NCBI GenBank assembly: GCA_964351785.1
Contig: CAYGPF010000004.1
Coordinates: 36,088 to 100,087 of the forward strand
Direction: 5' to 3'
Source: an uncultured Rhodomicrobium sp.
GTDB lineage: Bacteria; Pseudomonadota; Alphaproteobacteria; Rhizobiales; HXMU1428-3
DNA: 64,000 bases
The notes under the pieces are model-generated. The model did no database searches. It was not told the origin of the DNA and saw only the letters and a program-made list of their open reading frames with translations. Position numbers and translations under genes: made by a program. Position 1 is the first letter of the stretch. Each line of letters starts with the position of its first letter. Shown here piece after piece: positions 46,997 to 54,817 of this stretch.

Positions 46997-48571
46997 TTAA
47001 TTTGGCTGTTTTGCCGGATTTTGTACATTTTTGGAGGGGTTTACCGTCTCCACCTGGCGGCTGCGATAAGACAGTGCTTCAGCCAGATGAACACGCTCAA
47101 CAGAAAGGCAGCCTTCAAGATCCGCCAGAGTGCGGGCAACGCGCATGGCCTTGTGAAAGCCTCTTGCCGATAAGTTTAACTTGAGGGCTGCTTCCTTGAG
47201 GAGATGTTTGCCTTCCTCTGTAGGGGCGGCAATTTCTGTGAGGATGCTGGCGGAACAGGTCGCGTTTAACTGGCTTGCATCCCCTCTGAGCTTATGAAAC
47301 CGATCACTTTGGATTTGGCGGGCACGTCTTACCCGCTCTGCAATGGTTTCACTGCGCTCGCCGCTGCGCTCATCCAGTAAATCCAGCGCCGTGACAGCGG
47401 GCACTTCGATGTGGATGTCGATGCGATCGAGCAAGGGGCCGGATATGCGGGCCTGATAGCGCTCAGCGCAATGGCCGCCTTTGGCGCAGGCATAGCCCGG
47501 CTCAAACGCCTTACCGCAGCGGCACGGGTTCATTGCGGCTATCAGCTGGATTTTTGAAGGGTAGGTCAGGCGGTGATTTGCCCTTGCTATGCTGGTCTCG
47601 CCGTTTTCGAGAGGTTGGCGCAAACTGTCCAGAACGGGGGCGGAAAATTCAGGCAGTTCATCGAGAAACAGCACCCCATTATGGGCGAGGGCGACCTCAC
47701 CGGGGCGTGGTTTTGAGCCGCCGCCAACCAGCGCGGCCATGGTTGCAGAATGGTGGGGGGCCCGAAACGGCCGCTTGTTTGAAAGTTTCCCGCCGATCAG
47801 TTCGCCAGCCAAGCTCTGGATCATGGAAATTTCCAGCATTTCAGTTGCTGATAGCGGCGGCAAAATCCCTGGCAAACGGGCCGCCAACATCGACTTGCCG
47901 GCACCGGGCGGGCCGACCATGATCAGGTTATGACCACCTGCCGCTGCCACTTCGAGGGCACGTTTGGCACCTTCCTGACCTTTTATGTCTGATATGTCCA
48001 GTTGGGTTGTCTCTGTCTGGTCGCCGGCTTCAATCGCTGGTTTCGGGCGGCTCAGCATCTGGGTCCCTTTGAAATGATTGACCAGTTCGAGGAGATGGGC
48101 GGGGGCAAGCAAGCTCATATCTTCGCTGGCCCAGGCCGCTTCCGGCCCGCAGGCGGCCGGACAGATGAGGCCCAGACCCTGGCGATTGGCGCCGATGGCC
48201 GCTGGCAATGCCCCGACAACCGGGCTGATGCCGGCATCAAGAGCCAATTCACCAAGGGCCATAAATGGGCTTAACTGATCACTGGCAATGGCACCGGTTG
48301 CTGCCATAAGACCCAGCGCGATGGGCAAATCAAAATGGCTGCCCATTTTGGGCAGATCAGCCGGGGCCAGATTGATGGTGATGCGTTTGGGTGGCAGACC
48401 CAGACCCAGCGCGCTCAAGGCAGCACGGACACGCTCCCGGCTTTCAGCAACCGCTTTGTCTGGCAGGCCGACAATGTTAAAGGCCGGGAGGCCTGAGGCC
48501 AGTTGGACTTCAACTGTAACTTCCCTGGCTTCTATGCCTATGAAGGCAACGGTTTTGATTTTTGCAAACAT
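46997..48571 (-). CDS. YifB/ComM family Mg-chelatase-like AAA ATPase
   Basis: N-terminal Lon-protease-like domain, Walker A GPPGAGKS, GVLFLDELPEF, and a C-terminal ChlI-like helix bundle. Confidence 0.93.
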   Translation of the reverse strand: MFAKIKTVAFIGIEAREVTVEVQLASGLPAFNIVGLPDKAVAESRERVRAALSALGLGLPPKRITINLAPADLPKMGSHFDLPIALGLMAATGAIASDQLSPFMALGELALDAGISPVVGALPAAIGANRQGLGLICPAACGPEAAWASEDMSLLAPAHLLELVNHFKGTQMLSRPKPAIEAGDQTETTQLDISDIKGQEGAKRALEVAAAGGHNLIMVGPPGAGKSMLAARLPGILPPLSATEMLEISMIQSLAGELIGGKLSNKRPFRAPHHSATMAALVGGGSKPRPGEVALAHNGVLFLDELPEFSAPVLDSLRQPLENGETSIARANHRLTYPSKIQLIAAMNPCRCGKAFEPGYACAKGGHCAERYQARISGPLLDRIDIHIEVPAVTALDLLDERSGERSETIAERVRRARQIQSDRFHKLRGDASQLNATCSASILTEIAAPTEEGKHLLKEAALKLNLSARGFHKAMRVARTLADLEGCLSVERVHLAEALSYRSRQVETVNPSKNVQNPAKQPN

Positions 48572-48601
48572 GTCAGCCTCTTTGATGCGCTTTTGAAGGG
48601 A

Positions 48602-49099
48602 CTAGTAATTCCATGATCTATAAATCTCTTTCGCTTGCCCGAGATCCTGTTGCAGCCAGACCATCCGGTCAAGGAACCAGCTTTTGCCAAGGATGGTGAT
48701 CAGGGTGCCTGCGAGCGTCAGCCAGATATGCAGGGCATAAAGACCGGCGAGCGCCATTAAAAAGCCAGCTGCACTGATCAGGTTCAGTAGAAAAATGGCG
48801 CGGTGATGATGGGCGGGGATCTGGTCTGGTGGATGAGATAACCATATCCGCTCACCGATGACGGCTTTTGAGGCCCAATTGTCCGTGCTTTTGGGCCTGG
48901 CAAACAGGCGCGGGTTTATCCAGGTCCAGAACACAACAAGAGCAACCGGGAGAATGGCATAAACCCCAATCCAGACCCGTGACCAGAGGGCCAGCACCAG
49001 AAGCGGCAGGCAGATATAGCGCGTCCAGACGCTGAGCGGATTGGTATGCCGGGCCCAGACCTCATCTGTCATTTGAAATAGTTTGGCAATGAAGTTCAT
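48602..49099 (-). CDS. Integral membrane protein of unknown function
   Basis: About four predicted TM helices. No motif recognised with confidence. Confidence 0.6.
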   Translation of the reverse strand: MNFIAKLFQMTDEVWARHTNPLSVWTRYICLPLLVLALWSRVWIGVYAILPVALVVFWTWINPRLFARPKSTDNWASKAVIGERIWLSHPPDQIPAHHHRAIFLLNLISAAGFLMALAGLYALHIWLTLAGTLITILGKSWFLDRMVWLQQDLGQAKEIYRSWNY

Positions 49100-49239
49100 G
49101 ATACCGACAGGGGTTGCCCCCCTTCCCTTCTGCTGCCTTTAAAAAAAAGAATGCCAGCATGCATTCACGGGCAGAAGTTAGCAGAATTGCAGAAAAGCAT
49201 CAAGAACAAAATAAGAACATTTTTATTCAAAGGCTGTGG

Positions 49240-49881
49240 TCAACCGCCATAACGATAGTGGCCATTGATTTTAAAGCTCATCAAATCATCATCAAGCTTG
49301 GGGCCAAGACCGATATTGTGGACGATCATGTAATTCCCTGAGGTGCCAACCTTGTCAGTAACGATCGCAATGTGATCTTTTGAAAAGATGGCGTCTGGTA
49401 TGTAATAGGTGACTATGTCGCCGGGTTTATAGTCCTTGGGGTTTTTACTGATGGGGAGACCAGCGCCTTTTCTGGCAAAGAACTTTCTTAAAACCCTGAC
49501 CCGGCGGTGGGCAATGTTGCGATCGCCGCCCATTGCCTGATGAACATTTTTTTGCAGATCAACACCGACGCGGCGGTAAGCGCGGATGACCACATCAGTG
49601 CAGACACCGTAATGGGCAGGGACATCCCCCCCGGGGTAGGGAATTTTGAAATATTTAGGATTGTAGATCACCACGTTCTGGGTACGCTCGAGGGCGGCTT
49701 TGACCAGCCTTTGATAAAAGCTATCGGTTTGTTGATCCGGTTTTTCGGGGTTGCCTTCTGCCAGCGCTCCCTTTGACAGGGGTGACAGTGACAGAGCCAG
49801 GAGCACTGTGAGGGCGATGGCCCTAACGGGTGCACCCACTCTGTGAGCCGGGTTGGTCAGATTTAAGAATTGCCTGATCAT
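49240..49881 (-). CDS. DUF1287 domain protein (secreted or lipid-anchored)
   Basis: YPGGDVPAHYGVCTDVVIRAYRRVGVDLQ and GDIVTY...HIAIV match the DUF1287 pattern. The start at MIRQFLN is chosen to give a signal sequence. The track ORF runs to 50016. Confidence 0.7.
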   Translation of the reverse strand: MIRQFLNLTNPAHRVGAPVRAIALTVLLALSLSPLSKGALAEGNPEKPDQQTDSFYQRLVKAALERTQNVVIYNPKYFKIPYPGGDVPAHYGVCTDVVIRAYRRVGVDLQKNVHQAMGGDRNIAHRRVRVLRKFFARKGAGLPISKNPKDYKPGDIVTYYIPDAIFSKDHIAIVTDKVGTSGNYMIVHNIGLGPKLDDDLMSFKINGHYRYGG

Positions 49882-50021
49882 TGTCTGGTTCGGATGTTGG
49901 CCATCTTCGATGCGCATGCCGGATCCCTTCGCTTTCGACTTCGTTATTTTACAGGGGTTGCCTGTATTTGAAAGGCAAATGCGGCCCTCTTTAGGCAAAG
50001 ATACACATCTTCCCAAGCTTA

Positions 50022-51467
50022 TCAGGCAGAGAGCGTCGTCTGTTCTGGTTGCTGGTCCTTGTGTGAGGCAGGGGGTGGGAGGTTGTCAGAGAGGGATTGA
50101 TAAAACAGTTCTGCGTCGATCGGTTTGTCCAGATGCTGGATGATGCCGACCTCTTTATATATCTCTTCCCGGTTGTGGTTATCACTGGCCGAGATGGCTA
50201 TGATCGGTGTTCTTGTTTCAGGGCTCCAGAAGTTCTGCAATTGTCTGGCGCATTCAATGCCATCAATTCCGGGCATCATAATGTCCATTAATATGAGGTC
50301 ATACTGGTTGGTGCGCACTTTGTCTATCGCTTCCTGCCCGGATGAGACAACCTGATAGCTGAGGCCAAATTCTTCAAGGTACACAGATATCAACATCTGG
50401 TTGACCTGATTATCATCGACGACAAGGACATGACCCTTCAGCTTCGGCTGGGTGGGCCCCGTCTCTTTTGCTGCTTCGTTCTTGGCCGGCGGCTGATTGC
50501 CGGTTGAGGGCGTCATTTCCGCCGTTTGTTGCATGACAACTGGTTCGCCAGAAGGTTCATCAGTGGGGGGGGTGGTCTCTGGCTGCTGAAGCACTGCGCC
50601 AGTCTTTGCCTCAAAAACAAGGGTGAAAACACTCCCCTTGCCTTCCTCGCTTTTAAAGGTCAGCTCACCGTTCAGACCATGGGCAATCTGGCGGCAGATC
50701 CAAAGGCCCAGACCACTGCTTTCATCACTTGTGTTTTGCTGATTTTCTGATTGTTGTTTATTTCCTCTGACATTGCTGGCCATGTAAAAGGGGCTGAATA
50801 TCTCACTCTGATCAGCGGCTGGAATGCCTATCCCCGTGTCAGTGATGGCAATTGTCAGCCGATAATTATCATCTGCAAGTGGTTCTCCTGAAACAGACAT
50901 GTCTATGCTGCCAGCGTTTGTGTATTTCAGGGCATTGTTGACAAGGTTGAGTATAATCTGACTGAGGCGGTGGTGATCAACCTCAAGATTGGTTGGCACG
51001 CTGCGAGACATAGTTGCGCGAAATTCCAGACCTTTTGCTTCTGCTTGCGGGGCAAATGAGAGCGCGAGGGACGACAGGAAATCACCAATATTGACGGGCT
51101 CAGGTTTGAAGGTCAGTTGACCTGCTTTCAAATCGGCAAAATAGGCCATATCTTTTGTGGTGGAGGTCAGCATTTCCGCTGCAAATAACAGCGTGTTGAC
51201 GTAATGCTTTTGTATATCGCTCAGGGAGGTGTTACTTAACAATTCACCCATGGCAATGAGGGCACCGATCGGGGTTTTGATTTCATGGCTGATAATGGCG
51301 AGCAGGGCCTCAAATGACTGTTCCTGTTTCTCATAGGTTCCAATCAGAGAGCGCAGTTTCTCATTCTCCCGCATCAGACGGGTAAGCTCATCATTTTTCT
51401 GATTATTTTCAGCATCCAACGTCATGGGCTGGCCTCTGTTGCCCGGCTTTTGTCTAAGGCCCATCAT
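50022..51467 (-). CDS. Cytoplasmic hybrid histidine kinase with a C-terminal receiver
   Basis: Coiled-coil N-terminus, H-box ISHEIKTPIG, HATPase (SSGLGLWICRQI), a Pro/Thr-rich linker and a receiver (VLVVDDNQVN, ILMDIMMPGIDG). Confidence 0.88.
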   Translation of the reverse strand: MMGLRQKPGNRGQPMTLDAENNQKNDELTRLMRENEKLRSLIGTYEKQEQSFEALLAIISHEIKTPIGALIAMGELLSNTSLSDIQKHYVNTLLFAAEMLTSTTKDMAYFADLKAGQLTFKPEPVNIGDFLSSLALSFAPQAEAKGLEFRATMSRSVPTNLEVDHHRLSQIILNLVNNALKYTNAGSIDMSVSGEPLADDNYRLTIAITDTGIGIPAADQSEIFSPFYMASNVRGNKQQSENQQNTSDESSGLGLWICRQIAHGLNGELTFKSEEGKGSVFTLVFEAKTGAVLQQPETTPPTDEPSGEPVVMQQTAEMTPSTGNQPPAKNEAAKETGPTQPKLKGHVLVVDDNQVNQMLISVYLEEFGLSYQVVSSGQEAIDKVRTNQYDLILMDIMMPGIDGIECARQLQNFWSPETRTPIIAISASDNHNREEIYKEVGIIQHLDKPIDAELFYQSLSDNLPPPASHKDQQPEQTTLSA

Positions 51468-51563
51468 GGCTGAGATTCTATTACTAATCGGCTAACGACA
51501 TAAATTTTTCAGGTGGTCGGGTGCAAATACGGGTGTGGCCCCCCTTGAAAAGTTAATGAATTC

Positions 51564-52475
51564 TTACTCACCTGGGGTTTGGGCAACCAATTTTGAGAAA
51601 GCTGCTGGTCCCTTTCGGAAGGCCTTTTGAATGTCATCGGCCTTCAGGCCTCTGGCCCGCATATCAAACAGGCTTGGATGTGACCTGGATTTTGAAAGTT
51701 TTTCATTCTCTATCATGATTAAATCATGGTGATGATAAAGCGGCTCTCTCAAACCGAGTATCACCTGTAGGAGACGGTGAATGTCTGTTGCGGCCTCCAG
51801 ATCCCGGCCCCGGCAGATATGGGTCATGCCTTCGGCATCATCATCGATAACCACGGATAAATGATAACTGGTCGGAATGTCCTTACGGGCAAGGATAACA
51901 TCACCCCACCTTTCCGGGTTGATCTGATGGGTTGATATGCTGCCATTCTTTGCAAATGCACGGTAGCTCAGGACGTTACCGCTTTTCTTCACATAGGCCA
52001 GGGCTTTGTCCATATGCAGGCGCAGACAAAAGGGGTGCCCTGCCACCTTGCGCTGCGTTTCCATGACTTTCGAAGTCTGTTTATCAAGACCGGGATAGAG
52101 CAATGCGCCATCGGGATCACGTGGCGGTTCTTTGCCCTGCTGTTGCCAGTAGCGCTTTATCTCGCCTCTTGTGGCAAAACAGGGATAGATCAAGCCGATT
52201 TGAGACAGCCGCTCTATGGCTTTTTTATAAAGGTTGATGTGGTCTGACTGGCGGCGCACAGGTGCCGGCCATTTGAGCCCAAGCCAGTGCAAATCCCTGA
52301 TGATAGCGTTGATATGCGCTTCACTTGAGCGGGCGGGGTCTATATCTTCAATACGCAGATGAAAACTGCCACCCAGCGCCTCTGCCAGATCCTGGTTCAT
52401 TAACGCTGAATAAGCATGCCCCAGATGCAGATGCCCGTTTGGGCTGGGGGCAAATCTGAATTTTGGAGGTTTCAT
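51564..52475 (-). CDS. gluQ: tRNA glutamyl-Q(34) synthetase
   Basis: RFAPSPNGHLHLGHA (HIGH) and KLSKS motifs in a truncated GluRS-like protein of about 300 aa. Confidence 0.92.
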   Translation of the reverse strand: MKPPKFRFAPSPNGHLHLGHAYSALMNQDLAEALGGSFHLRIEDIDPARSSEAHINAIIRDLHWLGLKWPAPVRRQSDHINLYKKAIERLSQIGLIYPCFATRGEIKRYWQQQGKEPPRDPDGALLYPGLDKQTSKVMETQRKVAGHPFCLRLHMDKALAYVKKSGNVLSYRAFAKNGSISTHQINPERWGDVILARKDIPTSYHLSVVIDDDAEGMTHICRGRDLEAATDIHRLLQVILGLREPLYHHHDLIMIENEKLSKSRSHPSLFDMRARGLKADDIQKAFRKGPAAFSKLVAQTPGE

Positions 52476-52780
52476 GGCACTTCACCAAATATCAGGGATT
52501 GATTGACCTTTATTCATTCAAATGATACAAGGCGGCAATTGATTAAGAGCGTCGCTTTCAGGTGCATTTGGTTTTTGGCCGCTTTTGTGGGGCTTTTAAC
52601 CGTTTCAGCCAAAAGTGACAGCTTAACTTCTGCTTGTCATTTTAGCTTTGGAAACTGAACAAGACCGGACCAAAGGGGCCGTCTTTTTTTCTTTTCATTC
52701 CATCGCTTTAACAGATATAGCTGATTTTTCGTACATTTAAACTGATATAATCAGAACTGATATAATAAGGATTTGTCCGC

Positions 52781-53047
52781 ATGGCCAATACCAAATCGGC
52801 TAAAAAAGCCATTCGTAAAATTGACCGCAAGACGGTCGTGAATAAAAACCGGCGCAGCCGTATGCGTACTTTTATTCGCCGTGTTGAGGAAGCCATCGCT
52901 TCCGGTGATCAAGAAAGTGCAAAAACCGCGTTGATTGCAGCGCAACCTGAGATCGTACGCAGCGCTCAAAAAGGTATCCTGCATAAGAATACAGCCTCAC
53001 GTAAAATTTCTCGTCTGACAAAACGTGTGAAGGCTTTAAGCGCCTAA
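52781..53047 (+). CDS. rpsT: 30S ribosomal protein S20
   Basis: [13 protein letters not shown]... is typical of S20, and the length (88 aa) fits. Confidence 0.97.
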   Translation: MANTKSAKKAIRKIDRKTVVNKNRRSRMRTFIRRVEEAIASGDQESAKTALIAAQPEIVRSAQKGILHKNTASRKISRLTKRVKALSA

Positions 53048-53092
53048 TTTATCTGATCAGGGGCTTGCACCTCAGACTTGTGATAATTTTGA

Positions 53093-53123
53093 AACAGCTG
53101 ACTTGCCTCAGCTGTTTTTTTTA
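53093..53123 (+). terminator. rpsT Rho-independent terminator
   Basis: AAACAGCTGA-CTTGCC-TCAGCTGTTT followed by TTTTT. Confidence 0.85.
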
Positions 53124-53454
53124 TGGGCCCGCCCTTGTTAAAATGTCCCTTGAATCAGCCTATTATCCCAGCCACTCTGGTGCTCTGCCGGGACGGGCCT
53201 GGTGGCTGAAATACACTAGCTGAAAAAAAATGTGCTGTTTCGGAAAAGCCGCTTGACAGGCCTTTTTTTGATCTCATTTTTTTGGCTTTTTAAAAAATCC
53301 ATTAATCCCAATATCTTGGATATGACTGATTGATGACGCTGCTGCTGATGGTTAATATTTCAGCAGTTTCGGCCTGCGCATATAATGGCTTCTGGTCAAC
53401 TTTTGACCCTTGCAAGGTGAGATGGGCCTGTGTATAGTCGGCCAAGTTGAGATG

Positions 53455-53470
53455 TTAACAATATCTTAAC
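53455..53470. promoter_or_regulatory. CtrA-type box TTAA-N7-TTAAC
   Basis: TTAACAATATCTTAAC read directly. It is the full consensus with correct 7-nt spacing, in the rpsT-dnaA spacer. Confidence 0.5.
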
Positions 53471-53910
53471 TCAAGCATTCATTCAGCAGTTTCGCGTCAA
53501 AATCAAATAGTTAGCACACGCTCGTCAGGAACATAACACACCCCTTTCGAGTGAGATCTATGCTTTACCTATTTTTTATTGGTATTTATTCGGCTGTTAC
53601 TTGTTTTTTATTAATTAGGCAAATAACACCCTGGAAAATAACTGATTATACAGGCCGATTAACTGCAGTTTATTGCTTTCTATATTTAAGAGGGTACTAT
53701 TTTATATCGTGTTTTATGGTGGCATTCGTCTCCTTTTCATCGCATTTGTGATTGGAACGGTGTCGCGTGTGAACCATCTGGTTTTGCCGCTGTTTCAGGG
53801 CTTTATGGTTAAATTATTTTTTCAACCTGACAAACTCTGGTTATGACATCGTTGGTCGATGTGAACATGATTAAGGCGCGAATCAACATCACCTTACCCC
53901 TCTGTAGAAT

Positions 53911-54128
53911 GCCGCCGGGGCCTATGCAAAAGCCACGGAGGCCGTGTCAGAAGCCGGGGCAGCAGATCTGTTTAACCGGTTAGATACATAAAAAAGCCAC
54001 CGGGGCCTATGTGACAAGGAGCACCGAGGGCTATGTTTAAAGAAAGCCACCGGAGCCTGTTGTGCAAACAAAGCCGCCGGGGCCTGTGTGTTAAGGAGCC
54101 GGAGAGTATGAAGCCGGTGGAGTGCTAG
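53911..54128. repeat. Degenerate tandem array A (about 8-9 units of 21-27 bp, core GCCRCCGGRGCCTRTG)
   Basis: Unit starts read at 53911, 53932, 53953, 53996, 54021, 54046, 54073, 54098 and 54113. Confidence 0.8.
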
Positions 54129-54181
54129 TTTTGTGGAGTGTCTGTTTTCAATGCCTCTCTGGCAACCTGAACAAGCCGGGG

Positions 54182-54349
54182 TCATGTAACGCAGCAAGCT
54201 GGTAGGCATGAAACACGGAAAGCTGAGAGACATGGAACGCGGCAAGCTGAGGTCATTTGAACGCAGCAAGTAGAGACATGCTAACATGGCAAATGGCGAG
54301 ACATGGAACACAGCAAGCTGAGAGACATGGCACGAGGCAAAAGCCAGAG
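54182..54349. repeat. Tandem array B (7 units of 22-25 bp, consensus ACATGGAACRCRGCAAGCTGAGAG)
   Basis: Unit starts read at 54182, 54206, 54230, 54254, 54276, 54301 and 54325. Confidence 0.85.
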
Positions 54350-54817
54350 TGATCTGGCGTCTGATCACAAAAACAATTTCGGCGGGTTGTTAGGGTACCC
54401 CGGCGGAAATATGCGGACAGTCTTTGGTTCTTTTGAATAAGAAATGGGACCGAAATCCGGGGGGCCCGGAATGTTCAATTGCCGGATCTGTTAAATACCG
54501 AACCAGGAGGCAAAACAATAAATTTCGTTGAATGCAACTTTTTCACATTCTCAAAGTGAGGAACATACAGCGGAAAAAATTAACTTTAGTACGGTCAGCG
54601 GCCTCACAGGGGTGTGCCCCAATGACTTGAAAACCAATCATCCAAAAGACGGTTTTCAAGGAATATTGGGACAGGCAGAAAACAACAAATTTGCTCACTT
54701 AATTGAGCCTTGTATTTTCAGAACCTTGTGAATGATCGGAGAAAGTAACTGAGGGTATAACGCCTGATCCAGGCGTTAATAATGATAATGGCTCATTGAA
54801 GGGCTTAATTAGTCGGG

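Noticed and set aside
53911-54349. Possible CRISPR array or protein-coding repeat upstream of dnaA.
   Set aside because: The units are contiguous and degenerate without spacers. The plus strand has frequent stops. The only long ORF (minus strand, 53922-54368) is a by-product of the 24-bp (8-codon) periodicity.
53922-54368. 148-aa minus-strand ORF from the track.
   Set aside because: It lies entirely within the tandem repeats, has a GTG start without an SD, and gives a repetitive Ser/Leu/Ala/Arg/His/Cys-rich product with no recognisable domain. It is judged spurious.
53048-54817. Canonical DnaA boxes (TTATCCACA/TGTGGATAA) that would establish oriC in the rpsT-dnaA spacer.
   Set aside because: Reading both strands by hand, only sites with 2 or more mismatches turned up (for example TTTTTCACA at 54539-54547 and TGTGAATGA near 54727). 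I therefore do not annotate an origin, only a candidate region.
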